From Candidatus Kapaibacterium sp. (GTDB lineage Bacteria; Bacteroidota; Ignavibacteria; Kapaibacteriales; UBA2268), in the NCBI GenBank assembly GCA_031550405.1, contig JAVBOP010000034.1, positions 1 through 41,948 of the forward strand: a stretch of DNA of 41,948 nucleotides, written 5' to 3'. Positions within the stretch are counted from its first letter, which is position 1. The number at the start of each line of letters is the position of its first letter. Below are positions 30,025 through 40,315 of the stretch, one piece after another. The position numbers and the translations under genes are program-made. The notes below the pieces were generated by a model. That model saw nothing but the letters and a program-made list of their open reading frames with translations. It searched no databases and had not been told where the DNA came from.

Positions 30025-30618
30025 TTAACTAACACTGCCTATTAATTCAGGTATATCCGTCTGCAATTGAAGCAGCATGGATTTTCGCTCTTCCTCGCTT
30101 GTGCGGGGTATTCCTGTGAAATAAAAATGCTTTCGGATATCAATACCCATCGCACCTATCGTGCCTTCATCCACCAATTTTTTATACAAATCGAAATATC
30201 CATTCGTTTCGATAAATTCATACGGATTGCCGCAAGTTGTTATAATTATAGCCTTTTTGTCGGTCAGCATTCCCTGCAAGCCATTTGCATCATAATAGTA
30301 TGAGAAGCCCAGTGTGAAAATTCTATCCACCCACCCCTTCAATATTGCAGGTAGATTGTGCCACCATGTTGGATAAATAAATGTTAACATATCAGCCCAA
30401 GCAACATACTCCTGTTCTGTTTTTACATCAATGCGCTGCGTTTTTTGCAGCAATGCCATAAAATCATCGCCTGACAGCTGTGGATTGAAATCCATTGCAT
30501 ACAAGTCTCGCACAACGACCTCGTCGCCGCGATTCTCATATACATTTTTGACTGTTTCCATAATTGCATGATTAAAGCTTTTTGGATTTGGATGTGAATA
30601 GATAATTAGATGTTTCAT
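30025..30618 (-). CDS. NAD(P)H-dependent oxidoreductase (flavodoxin-like fold, quinone reductase family)
   Basis: HPNPKSFNHAI, RDLYAMDFNP, YPTWWHNLPAILKGWVDR. Confidence 0.88.
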   Translation of the reverse strand: MKHLIIYSHPNPKSFNHAIMETVKNVYENRGDEVVVRDLYAMDFNPQLSGDDFMALLQKTQRIDVKTEQEYVAWADMLTFIYPTWWHNLPAILKGWVDRIFTLGFSYYYDANGLQGMLTDKKAIIITTCGNPYEFIETNGYFDLYKKLVDEGTIGAMGIDIRKHFYFTGIPRTSEEERKSMLLQLQTDIPELIGSVS

Positions 30619-30722
30619 GTTATTCCACGCATTAATTTATTAAATAGACATTGTATGGATGACGATATTTTTTATATATTATTGTCCTATAGAAAATAGG
30701 TCGTGCCTCATACGCGTTGATT

Positions 30723-30967
30723 TATCCATTTCACCAATACAAATTTGCAGCTGTTTTGTTTCTCCAAAAAATGCTATATTTGCGTATGGATTCTAAGATA
30801 AAAATCATTAATGTTGCAGAAAGCGAACTATAGCTTGAAAATTTATTAAGAAAATCTTGAACAATTAAGTGATTTTTTATCCGATTTAACAAATTCATTG
30901 ATAAAAGAGGAGGCAGCTTCAATATGCTTCATGCTATTATAATACAAATTTGTATTAGCAAATGGTA
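30723..30967 (+). mobile_element. Non-autonomous IS630 deletion derivative (MITE-like)
   Basis: Left part matches about 26139-26269 and right part about 27146-27262, including the right TIR aaatttgtattagcaaatggta. Confidence 0.85.
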
Positions 30968-31834
30968 TTACTTGTTTTTTATTAGTTTTAATTGGATAAA
31001 AGAAAGAATTAATAAAAGAAAAAACAGAAAATATGCAATTGCAGCGGCATACCCCATCGAATCTGACTTTTCAAAAGCATTCGTAAATACCATATAAACA
31101 AGGGTAGTAGTTGAATATAACGGTCCGCCTTTGGTCATCACGTATATCTCCATAAAAATTTGAAAAGATTTAATAACATTGATAACCAATACAAAAACTA
31201 AAGAAGATTTTATCATTGGTATAGTGATTTTCCGCAGCACCAAAAATGGTTTTGCTCCCATCAGAACTGCGGAATCATATAGCGATTGCGGAATTGTTTG
31301 CATTGCAGCTAAAAAAATTATCATATAATATCCGCAAGCCGACCAAATATCCATGAGCATAATTGCAGGCAACGCAGTGCTGGGGTCTGATAGCCAGCCC
31401 AGATTTGAGGCGGGCAATCCAAGCGTTTCTAAAATTTTATTAATATATCCGTTCTTCGCATATAAGTTCGTAAAAATTAAAGATATTACAACAACAGAGG
31501 TTATAGCTGGTGCAAAAAATGAAGCTCGGAAAAATTCTTTGAATTTGACAGCCTTGCTATTCAGCAGTGTCGCCAAACCTAAGGCTATGGCAACGGTAAA
31601 CGGCACTGTGCCAAGTGTGAAAATAGAAGTATTAGCCAACGCTTTCCAGAATAGCGGATCGATAAACATTTTTTCATAATTAGCAAGACCAATAAAATTA
31701 TTTTCATTTGTAATGGAATCATAGCTGTTCAAACTCAAAAAACCTGTATAGAGCAGCGGATATAGCCAAAAAATGATGAAAATAATGCACCATGGAAGCA
31801 ATAAAAGTATTGTATTTGCCCTGTTCTTTTTCAT
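30968..31834 (-). CDS. Carbohydrate ABC transporter permease (MalF/UgpA-like)
   Basis: FIGLANY, EAA-like loop IPQSLYDSAVLMGA, TKGGPLYSTTT; 6 TM segments; start could be 31846. Confidence 0.9.
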   Translation of the reverse strand: MKKNRANTILLLLPWCIIFIIFWLYPLLYTGFLSLNSYDSITNENNFIGLANYEKMFIDPLFWKALANTSIFTLGTVPFTVAIALGLATLLNSKAVKFKEFFRASFFAPAITSVVVISLIFTNLYAKNGYINKILETLGLPASNLGWLSDPSTALPAIMLMDIWSACGYYMIIFLAAMQTIPQSLYDSAVLMGAKPFLVLRKITIPMIKSSLVFVLVINVIKSFQIFMEIYVMTKGGPLYSTTTLVYMVFTNAFEKSDSMGYAAAIAYFLFFLLLILSFIQLKLIKNK

Positions 31835-31904
31835 TGTTATTTTCAATTAAGTTTATCCATACAAGCAAGATAGTGCATAATTGCCATATCATGATATTCT
31901 ATTT

Positions 31905-33050
31905 CTACCACGCCATTTCATATATAGCTTCAATATCTTGCTGCGACAGCTTCACAAGCCCACCGATAACAGGCGCTATACCCAAGCATTTTTGCACTAT
32001 TGCCGGAAGATCCTCCTTCATAACCCCAAGCTCTTTGATACTCACAGGTATTCCCCATTTTTTGAATTTTGACACCATATTCTGCACTCCCTGCTCAACA
32101 GAATCGGCACCCCAAACATTTTTTGCCCAGCGAGCAAACTGCTGTGGATTGGCTCTGCTGCAATAAAGCAGCCATGACGGAAATATAGCCGCTAAGCCCG
32201 GACCGTGCGCTACATCTGGATATATGGCACTAATGGCATGTTGCAACTTGTGCGTTGCCCAATCGCCGCCATTCATTCCTGCCGCTGAAATGCCATTTAA
32301 TGCCAAAACCGATGCCCATGAGAGATTTGCCCGCCAGTCATAGTCCGTCGGCGAGATTTGCAATTCATCTAAACACCTTATAATAGTGCGCATTAGCGCT
32401 TCACTTATTGATATTGTGGTTTCCTGTCCTGTGCCTGTGAAATAGTTTTCCATGCAGTGCGTTATAGCGTCAACTCCCCCATTCACCGTCTGATTCCAAG
32501 GCAGGCTAATCTGCACCGAAGGATCTATAATTGACACTTTGGGGAAATTCAAGTCAGAATATAAAGACAGCTTGAGCTGCATTGCCTTGTTTGAAAGCAC
32601 AGCATTGCGATTCGATTCCGTGCCCGTGCCGGATAGAGTTAATATCGTAAACACCGGCAACGCTTTCTGCGGAACTACGCTCTTGTCAAAAGCCTGCCAA
32701 ACGTCGTCAAGATAATATCCAACGGCAATCGATTTGCCCTCGTCTATAACCGAACCTCCGCCTATAGCAAGCACAGCCTGTAGATTATGAATTTTTATTA
32801 ATTCAATACCTTCTCGCGCATGTTCCACAATAGGATTGGGACGAACTCCCCAATGCTCAATAAATCTTATGTCATTATTATTTAAGGACTTAACGGCTGT
32901 ATCATACACGCCGTTGTGCCTGATAGAGCCTGAGCCGGCAAGCAGTAACACGGAGGATATGCCCTTTTTGCGTAATTCATCGCCAATCTGCGAAATAGTG
33001 TTTTTGCCGAATATAATCGTTGTTGGGTTGTAAAATGAAAAATTATTCAT
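31905..33050 (-). CDS. Iron-containing alcohol dehydrogenase (butanol dehydrogenase-like)
   Basis: MNNFSFYNPTTIIFG, AIGGGSVID, DAITHCME, THKLQH...HG. Confidence 0.9.
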   Translation of the reverse strand: MNNFSFYNPTTIIFGKNTISQIGDELRKKGISSVLLLAGSGSIRHNGVYDTAVKSLNNNDIRFIEHWGVRPNPIVEHAREGIELIKIHNLQAVLAIGGGSVIDEGKSIAVGYYLDDVWQAFDKSVVPQKALPVFTILTLSGTGTESNRNAVLSNKAMQLKLSLYSDLNFPKVSIIDPSVQISLPWNQTVNGGVDAITHCMENYFTGTGQETTISISEALMRTIIRCLDELQISPTDYDWRANLSWASVLALNGISAAGMNGGDWATHKLQHAISAIYPDVAHGPGLAAIFPSWLLYCSRANPQQFARWAKNVWGADSVEQGVQNMVSKFKKWGIPVSIKELGVMKEDLPAIVQKCLGIAPVIGGLVKLSQQDIEAIYEMAW

Positions 33051-33163
33051 AATTTCTACCTCTAAAATTAGAATTTGCAATAATATTGATACAAAATTAA
33101 CATTATTTTTATATTTTAGCATTATTTTAGCATTGAAAATTATTATAATAAGGATTTTTAAGT

Positions 33164-33571
33164 ATGAAAAGTATTAAAAATATAAGCCAACTGCGGGTGC
33201 GCTATGCGGAAACGGATAAAATGGGTGTGGTGTATAATGCTAATTATCTTGTTTATTTTGAAACTGGGCGCAATGCACTGATGCGCGCTAACGGCCTGCC
33301 TTATACATTCTTTGAAAGCATAGGATATTATTTTCCACTAATAGATGCGTATGCAAAGTATTATATATCAGCGGCTTACGATGACCTTCTTGATATCGAA
33401 ACCGAATTTACTTTTGAAAATTCTCCGATAATTAAAATTAATTACAAAATATTTCGAGAAGGCAATTTGCTTTGCGAAGGCTACACTCGCCACACATTTG
33501 TATCGCAATCAACGATGAAGCCAGTGCGCCCTCCCAAGCAATTTGCAGCTCTATTCAAACAATCTTTATAA
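33164..33571 (+). CDS. Acyl-CoA thioesterase (YbgC/4HBT family)
   Basis: RVRYAETDKMGVVYNANYLVYFETGR. Confidence 0.9.
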   Translation: MKSIKNISQLRVRYAETDKMGVVYNANYLVYFETGRNALMRANGLPYTFFESIGYYFPLIDAYAKYYISAAYDDLLDIETEFTFENSPIIKINYKIFREGNLLCEGYTRHTFVSQSTMKPVRPPKQFAALFKQSL

Positions 33572-33620
33572 ATATTTTTTAAGAAACAATAAATATAGAC
33601 AAATTAAAATTTTAACAAAA

Positions 33621-33992
33621 ATGAGAATATTATTTCTAATTGGTGCAGGTAGCTTTATAGGTGGAATTTTTCGCTATTTATTGTCCCAATGCGTGCATGC
33701 TAAATTTTTCGCCAAATTTCCGCTCGGAACATTGATTGTCAATATTATCGGCTGCTTTTGCATAGGATTGTTTTTCGGATTGGCAAATAAAATAAATTTT
33801 AGCAACGAATGGAAACTATTTTTAGTAACAGGATTGCTCGGCGGATTTACCACATTTTCAGCATTCTCAAACGACACTGTTTTATTATTTAAAGACGGTC
33901 AGGTTTTATACGCTGCTATTTACATATTTTCCAGTATTTTCTTAGGCTTAGCAGCAACGTTCATCGGGAATGCCATAATAAAAAATATTTAA
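33621..33992 (+). CDS. crcB: Fluoride efflux channel Fluc/CrcB
   Basis: GGIFRY, FPLGTLIVNIIGC, TGLLGGFTTFSAF. Confidence 0.95.
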   Translation: MRILFLIGAGSFIGGIFRYLLSQCVHAKFFAKFPLGTLIVNIIGCFCIGLFFGLANKINFSNEWKLFLVTGLLGGFTTFSAFSNDTVLLFKDGQVLYAAIYIFSSIFLGLAATFIGNAIIKNI

Positions 33993-34237
33993 TATCGACA
34001 ACATTTATTGGAAAACCTTATGTAGTAAAAATGACGGATTCAGGAAACATCAAGACAAATTCTTATATACTTTTAAATAATATTTTCCTTTTTTTTAATA
34101 AATCTTGTAAGTCAACCGGTATTTTATTCTTGTCTTTAATTCACCGTAACTTCCAATAGAATCAAAAATATATTTTTATTCGTAAAACAAATTTGTAATA
34201 TTTACGTCTATTTACAACAAATTTAACAGGCAATAAC

Positions 34238-35308
34238 ATGAGTGAAATCATATTAAAAATTAGAAAGAAAAAAAGCAAGGTACAGTTAATCCAAGCTCAG
34301 CAGATATTGCAGCAAGAAATGGATAAGCGAGCGACGGAATTGCAGAATGAATTTGAGTCTGTTACTGTGGCGGATAGCGAAACCCAGCATGAAATTGAAA
34401 CTGAGCGAATCGTTGATGAAGAGCTTGAACAGATGGGGGCTCTTTCTGATATTGATAAAAAAATAGAAGATGAGCCTGAAGAATTAAAAAATATTCATAA
34501 TTCAGAAGAGGCTGCTCATGATTTGGCAAATAACGAGGACGTTTTGCCAAAAATTCAAGCACGAAACAGGACCATTTATACGGAAATATATACCATAGCT
34601 GATAATGATAAACCTATTGAAATTGAAATAGATAGAGCAAAAAATAATTCTATTGACATGGAAATTGCCCGTCAGCAGATTCAAGATGCCTATGATAAAG
34701 GTTTTGCAGATTGCACGGAAATGGCGAGCATTAATGCAGAGGCGAAAATACAGGAGGCGTACAAGTGGGTGCGGCGTATTGACCAGCTGATGTTTGAGTT
34801 GCGCGAACATTATTCTGATGCTATTGATGGGTTTAAAAATAAATTGCTTGATGTTGCAGCGGTCATTTCTGAGGCAATAATTGACAAGGAAGTGAAGTTA
34901 GATAATAATATTATTTTACAGCAAGTTAAGAGAGCCATAGAAGAATTGGATGACGATGTTATTTTTAAAATCCATGCCAATCCTGCGGACATTGAGTGCT
35001 TAAAAACAGCCCAATCATCGCTGACGAAAAATGATGCCATGTTTGCTAACACAATGCTTATAAGCGATGCCAATGTTAAACAGGGTGGCTGCATTTTGTA
35101 CACTTCGGCTGGCACAATTGATGCTCGAATTAATTCGCAGCTTGAGATAATTAAACAAAATATTACTGAATTTGACCGCGAAAAACGTGCCGAACACTCA
35201 AATAGTGATTACAATGATTTCGATATTATACCTGATGTTAGCACTCCTCTGACCGAATACGAAGAATATATTTCACAGCAAAAAGCTGAAGATACAAGCG
35301 AATTATAG
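34238..35308 (+). CDS. fliH: Flagellar assembly protein FliH/SctL family with long acidic extensions
   Basis: AYDKGF (AxxxG repeat), IHANPADI, DANVKQGGCILYTSAGTIDARINSQL. Confidence 0.8.
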   Translation: MSEIILKIRKKKSKVQLIQAQQILQQEMDKRATELQNEFESVTVADSETQHEIETERIVDEELEQMGALSDIDKKIEDEPEELKNIHNSEEAAHDLANNEDVLPKIQARNRTIYTEIYTIADNDKPIEIEIDRAKNNSIDMEIARQQIQDAYDKGFADCTEMASINAEAKIQEAYKWVRRIDQLMFELREHYSDAIDGFKNKLLDVAAVISEAIIDKEVKLDNNIILQQVKRAIEELDDDVIFKIHANPADIECLKTAQSSLTKNDAMFANTMLISDANVKQGGCILYTSAGTIDARINSQLEIIKQNITEFDREKRAEHSNSDYNDFDIIPDVSTPLTEYEEYISQQKAEDTSEL

Positions 35309-35453
35309 CAATATTTATAAGGCTTGTCTCTTTAATACCAAGCACAGTGGACAGCTACCTCAAATATATTACTTTACTTGATATTATGCGGAAGTCGTGG
35401 ATAGCACAAATTAGGGATATGTTTTTTTAATTATGAAGGTAGTTATTTTTACT

Positions 35454-35477
35454 ATTTATGAATTTTTATTCATAAAT
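35454..35477. repeat. Iterated palindrome site
   Basis: ATTTATGAA TTTTTA TTCATAAAT, perfect 9-bp arms. Confidence 0.9.
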
Positions 35478-35643
35478 CTATCGTATGTGTTGGCATTGTT
35501 CCACTTTCAAAAAAGATGCAGTTACCTTTCCCGTTATACCGCAAGAGAAAAAAAAGTTGTTGTTTTAAAATATTTTTCACTAAATTGCAGTTGTTGAAGA
35601 TACATAACTATTATTACTTTTTAAAACTAAATTGAGAGGGCTT

Positions 35644-37704
35644 ATGTCTGAAGAAAAAAAATTTGTTCCTTTCGTTCCTGCCGATTCCAATTTGCCTGAA
35701 CTTACTATTAAAGCATTGGTATTAGGGCTTATAATGGCAGTGGTGTTAGGGGCGGCGAATGCCTATTTAGGGCTAAAGGCGGGCATGACCATTGCAGCAA
35801 CATATCCTGCGGCTGTTATCGGCATGGCGTTACTTAAAATTATGAAAGGCTCGGTGCTTGAAGAAAATATCTCAAGAACTGTCGGGTCTATTGGTGAATC
35901 TATTGCTGCTGGCGCTATCTTTACGCTGCCGGCATTTTATGTTGCCGGAATATGGCATCCGTTCCTTACAACTTCAAGCTATATCACAGCTTCTGTAATT
36001 CTTGTGCTGGGTGGTGTGCTTGGCATTATGTTCGTAGCATTGCTGCGCAGGGTAATGGTCGAGGACAAGGACTTGCCATTTCCTGAATCTGTTGCTGCTG
36101 CCGAGATACATAAAACAGGCCGCAGCGGCAAAGGTGGCTCGAAATTTTTATTTGGAGCTATGGGCTTGGGTGCATTAATTAAATTGCTTGGCGAATTTAA
36201 GTTCTTTCCTGCAAGCTGGGAAAAATTTATCGCATTTACCAAGCAAACCATAACAGGCAGCGCATTTCAGGGGCAAGGCGGCTTATTGCTCAGCTCGCCC
36301 GGCATCAGTCCGGCATACATGGGTGTTGGCTATATTATTGGTGCAAGATTAGGCGCACTTAATTTTTCCGGCGGTTTAATTGCCTGGGGACTGTTAACTC
36401 CTATAATTTATTATTTCTTATCTCCAGCGCTTGATTTGAATGCTTGGATAAACATGCTGGTATCAAATGGCGGCTTAACTTTGCAGGAAGCAACTGCCAG
36501 AGTAAATGATCCTGTATTCCAAATGAATGGCGTATGGAAGTCAATAGTAAGGCCTATAGCTATTGGCGGCATGCTGGTTGGTGCATGTTATACGCTTTTC
36601 AATATGAGAAAATCTCTTATTGCCGGCATAGTCCGCTCAGTATCTGATGTCAAAAAAGCAGCAACAGGCGGCAATACAGCAACAAGCAGGATAGAAAAGG
36701 ATATACCTTTTAACTGGATATTAATTGCAATTATAGCGGTTGCAGTAGCGGTATTCCTTTTAGTGCATTTGATATTCAGCTCACTGTTTATGTCAGCAGC
36801 ATGCGCATTGCTGGTGGTCATACTGTCCTTCTTCTTCTCTGCGGTATCAGGATATCTGGTCGGCATTATGGGTTCAAGCAACAATCCTATCAGTGGCGTT
36901 ACATTAACAGCTCTTGTTATAACCGCTTTGATTCTGGTGGCATTAGGCGTGAATGAAGAGATGGGCGGCGTTGCCTCTGTACTTATAGTTGCAGCAATAG
37001 TGTGCGTTGCATCGGCTGTTGGCGGCGAAATGTTCCAGGATCTGAAGGCAGGACACATACTCGGTGGTACGCCCTGGAAAATGCAGGTTGGCGATATAGT
37101 AGGCGTAGTATTGGCTGGCTCTGTAATGTTTTTTGTTCTATCATTCCTCAATGATGGTGATATAGCAAAAGGCTTGCAGGAAGGCTATGAAGGCGGCTTT
37201 GGCAGCAAGTCATTAGCGGCACCGCAGGCAAGTTTAATGGCGATATTATCGCAGGGTATCGTAAGCGGTCACATGGCATGGCCTCTTATCATAGTCGGTA
37301 TGCTTATGGGTATTGCATTGATATGTATGCAGGTTAAAAGCCCTATGCTTGTTTCCGTCGGTATGTATCTGCCGCTCGAAACAACATTTGCTATTTTCCT
37401 TGGCGGCATTATACGCTATATATGCGACTCATACTCGAAGAACAAAGGATTTAATGACTGGCAGAAAGTGCGTATCGGCAATGTCGGCGTATTGCTGGCA
37501 TCGGGATTGATTGCCGGCGAGGCGTTGATGGGGCTTGTGTTTGCAGGCTTTGCAGTGGGCAATATATTCCCACCAGCAGTGTTCCCGGGCGCTCCATTCG
37601 TTATCAGCATACTGGTATTGTGCCTCATTGCATTTATACTGGTTAAAATACCAAACGACAATGCAGGCAGACCTGACGAACCAGCCACACCGTCCGGCAT
37701 GTAA
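35644..37704 (+). CDS. Oligopeptide transporter, OPT family
   Basis: ANAYLGLKAG, LPFPESVA, GSSNNPISG, QDLKAG, APQASLM; many TM helices. Confidence 0.93.
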   Translation: MSEEKKFVPFVPADSNLPELTIKALVLGLIMAVVLGAANAYLGLKAGMTIAATYPAAVIGMALLKIMKGSVLEENISRTVGSIGESIAAGAIFTLPAFYVAGIWHPFLTTSSYITASVILVLGGVLGIMFVALLRRVMVEDKDLPFPESVAAAEIHKTGRSGKGGSKFLFGAMGLGALIKLLGEFKFFPASWEKFIAFTKQTITGSAFQGQGGLLLSSPGISPAYMGVGYIIGARLGALNFSGGLIAWGLLTPIIYYFLSPALDLNAWINMLVSNGGLTLQEATARVNDPVFQMNGVWKSIVRPIAIGGMLVGACYTLFNMRKSLIAGIVRSVSDVKKAATGGNTATSRIEKDIPFNWILIAIIAVAVAVFLLVHLIFSSLFMSAACALLVVILSFFFSAVSGYLVGIMGSSNNPISGVTLTALVITALILVALGVNEEMGGVASVLIVAAIVCVASAVGGEMFQDLKAGHILGGTPWKMQVGDIVGVVLAGSVMFFVLSFLNDGDIAKGLQEGYEGGFGSKSLAAPQASLMAILSQGIVSGHMAWPLIIVGMLMGIALICMQVKSPMLVSVGMYLPLETTFAIFLGGIIRYICDSYSKNKGFNDWQKVRIGNVGVLLASGLIAGEALMGLVFAGFAVGNIFPPAVFPGAPFVISILVLCLIAFILVKIPNDNAGRPDEPATPSGM

Positions 37705-37724
37705 AAATACCATCTCCGTATTCA

Positions 37725-37761
37725 AAAACTCCACTGATATCCTTAGTGGAGTTTTATTTTT
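37725..37761 (+). terminator. Intrinsic terminator after the OPT gene
   Basis: aaaactccact-N9-agtggagtttt followed by a T-run. Confidence 0.75.
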
Positions 37762-37986
37762 CTGTGGCTCCCCCATGTGGTGTAGTATGGAAGGCTGTAA
37801 CATCATTATATGGCAAAAACCAAATGCTATTCCTAATACGAATATATGATTGAATGTTCGTTACAATTACTGATGTTGCATCAAAATAATTCAATCATGT
37901 ATCGGATTTTATATGATATATTTATATTTCTGTATAAAATGACAATATGGTAACATTACAGATATTATTAAGCTATAGATTGTAGT

Positions 37987-38008
37987 TTTATGAATAAAAA
38001 TTAATAAA
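37987..38008. repeat. Iterated palindrome site
   Basis: TTTATGAA TAAAAA TTAATAAA. Confidence 0.85.
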
Positions 38009-38080
38009 TCGCAGTGTCGACATCATATAATTTACAGTATATTTTCATTTACATCAATTGATACAATATTAAATGGTAAA

Positions 38081-38096
38081 TGGCACAAGATTTGAT
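38081..38096 (+). promoter_or_regulatory. Possible sigma-54 promoter of fliG
   Basis: TGGCAC-N5-TTGAT versus consensus TGGCAC-N5-TTGCW (C to A at -12), 60 bp before the ATG. Confidence 0.45.
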
Positions 38097-38132
38097 TGTA
38101 ATAAATGCGTTTCATAAATTTATTTGTCAATA

Positions 38133-38154
38133 ATTATTAAAAAATATTCATAGA
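38133..38154. repeat. Iterated palindrome site
   Basis: ATTATTAA AAAATA TTCATAGA, 2 bp before the fliG ATG. Confidence 0.75.
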
Positions 38155-38156
38155 GT

Positions 38157-39197
38157 ATGGCAAAAACGGAAATAACAACTTCAAAAATTCAATCGGTAAG
38201 AGATTTAAGCGGTAGGCAAAAAGCAGCTGTTTTATTGATGACAATGGATGTCGACACTGCGGCAAAAATCTTTAAGGAGCTTGATATACAGGAAGTTGAG
38301 CAAATCGCTGTCGAAATTACAAATCTTAAGGATTTGGCAAGCGATATAATCGAAGAAGTTATTGAAGAATTTTATCAACTTATTTCTGCTTCTAATTTTC
38401 TCGTTGAAGGCGGCTTTGAATATGCGCAAATGTTGCTCGAAAAAACTTATGGTTTGGATAGAGCAATGGAAATTATTGAGAAAATACGTGTACTTACGAC
38501 GGTAAAGGGATTTACTGTTTTGAAAAAAACAGATCCCAACCAGTTGGCTAATTTTCTCGCCAAAGAACACCCGCAAACCATCGCTTTGATTTTATCGCAT
38601 TTAACCCCGGACCAGTCGGCGGAAGTTTTGGCTGAATTTCCCGAAGAGCTTCGCGGCGATACTATCATGCGCATTGCGACTCTCGGCAAGGTTTCTCCGC
38701 AAATTGTCTCTGAAATTGAAGATGTTGTTGATAGAGTTGCAGAAGGTACGATGTCGCAAAATCTGGCGTCAACCGGCGGCTACCAGCTTGTTGCAAATAT
38801 TCTTAACAAGTCGAACACCGCTGTGGCTAAGTCCATGCTTGAATTGATTGAAAATACGAATGAAGACATGGCGCTGGAAATCAAGCGCAAAATGTTTCTG
38901 TTTGAGGATATTGTGCAGATTGAAGATAAAGGTATTCAGCGAATATTGCGTGATGTTGATAAACGCGATTTAGCGTTGGCATTGAAGGCTTCTGACGAAA
39001 AAATCAGGCAAAAGATATTTAAAAACATGTCCGAGCGTGCCTCGGCTGTTGTCAAGGAAGAGCTCGAATTTATGGGACCTGTTAAGCTTAAGGAGGTCGA
39101 AGCGGCGCAAATGCGCATTGTAGATGTTATCAAACAGCTCGAATCTCAAGACGAAATCGCAATCGGTGGTCGCGGCAAAGAAGACATCTTTGTATAA
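38157..39197 (+). CDS. fliG: Flagellar motor switch protein FliG
   Basis: LSGRQKAAVLL, EHPQTIALILSHL, MFLFEDI, NMSERA, GPVKLKEVEAAQ. Confidence 0.97.
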   Translation: MAKTEITTSKIQSVRDLSGRQKAAVLLMTMDVDTAAKIFKELDIQEVEQIAVEITNLKDLASDIIEEVIEEFYQLISASNFLVEGGFEYAQMLLEKTYGLDRAMEIIEKIRVLTTVKGFTVLKKTDPNQLANFLAKEHPQTIALILSHLTPDQSAEVLAEFPEELRGDTIMRIATLGKVSPQIVSEIEDVVDRVAEGTMSQNLASTGGYQLVANILNKSNTAVAKSMLELIENTNEDMALEIKRKMFLFEDIVQIEDKGIQRILRDVDKRDLALALKASDEKIRQKIFKNMSERASAVVKEELEFMGPVKLKEVEAAQMRIVDVIKQLESQDEIAIGGRGKEDIFV

Positions 39198-39306
39198 TTT
39201 TTGTTGTTGTAGGCAAGAAGATGGTTATAAAAAAATGAAAACTTAGAATACAGTATTTTATTTTTTAGGAATAATTCCGTGATATCTTGATTGACAATCA
39301 ATTATG

Positions 39307-39328
39307 TTTATTAACAAAAATTCATAAT
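39307..39328. repeat. Iterated palindrome site
   Basis: TTTATTAA CAAAAA TTCATAAT. Confidence 0.85.
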
Positions 39329-39428
39329 TCTGTCTAAAAGCCTTGCATATATTGTCTTTTCTTTTTTTATATAGATAAAATAATAGTAATTTTGCTGTGT
39401 TAGAAAATGCACATTATGGTTTGAACAG

Positions 39429-40226
39429 ATGATAGAACTTTTTAAAATTGGATTTATTTCGTTTACTTTATTTGACTTGCTGGATATAGCTTTGGTAACT
39501 CTAATATTTTATTGGATTTACAAAGCTTTGAAAGATACTCTCGCAATTCAGGTTCTATTCGGTTTGGTCATTATTATCGGACTTTCATTTGTTGCCGAAG
39601 CGATCAATTTGAAATCCATAAACTGGCTACTGCGCTTGCTCTCAGACATTTGGATTCTGGCATTTGTAATTTTATTTCAGCCTGAAATCAGAAAAATGCT
39701 TGTCCAATTCACAAGAAGTCCAATTTTTCATCTTTTCATAAAAACTAATTTAATTGAATCGGTAGATGAGGTTGTTGATGCTGCAATAGAAATGAGCAAA
39801 CATCATATTGGCGCTCTCATTGTATTCCCGCAAACGCAAGATGTATCAATGGTTTCCATAGATGCAGGTATTAAAATTGACGCCATTTTATCCAAAGAAC
39901 TTCTGCTTTCTATTTTCAATACTAAAGCTCCTTTACACGATGGAGCAGTTATTGTTGATAAAAAAAGAATTATTTCATCGGCAAGATGTATTTTGCCTCT
40001 TTCAAACGAAAGGCGAGTTGGCAATCGTTTGCTCGGCACAAGACACCGCGCCGGTCTTGGCATGACGGAAAAAATTGATGCTATTGTGCTGATTGTGTCA
40101 GAGGAAACCGGCAGCATTTCAATAGCCATGAACGGAAAATTAGAATTAGATATTCCTCATTCAAAACTAAAATCAAAATTAAATGAAAAATTCATATTAG
40201 CTTCGCCCGTAACAAAAAAAATATGA
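39429..40226 (+). CDS. cdaA: Diadenylate cyclase CdaA/DacA
   Basis: Three N-terminal TM helices, FQPEIR, PLHDGAV, GTRHRA, VSEETG. Confidence 0.95.
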   Translation: MIELFKIGFISFTLFDLLDIALVTLIFYWIYKALKDTLAIQVLFGLVIIIGLSFVAEAINLKSINWLLRLLSDIWILAFVILFQPEIRKMLVQFTRSPIFHLFIKTNLIESVDEVVDAAIEMSKHHIGALIVFPQTQDVSMVSIDAGIKIDAILSKELLLSIFNTKAPLHDGAVIVDKKRIISSARCILPLSNERRVGNRLLGTRHRAGLGMTEKIDAIVLIVSEETGSISIAMNGKLELDIPHSKLKSKLNEKFILASPVTKKI

Positions 40227-40315
40227 GAGAACAGAGCGGAGAATTAGTCTTTGTTTATTTCAATGAATTTAGCTAATTTTGTTTGTATATTTTTTGATTT
40301 TAAATATAGATTTTT

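Noticed and set aside
6294-33586. Weak palindrome-like matches at 6294, 9316, 14342, 14484, 26113, 29478 and 33565
   Set aside because: They have two or more mismatches, a wrong spacer length, or are pure A/T in very AT-rich DNA, so they were not counted.
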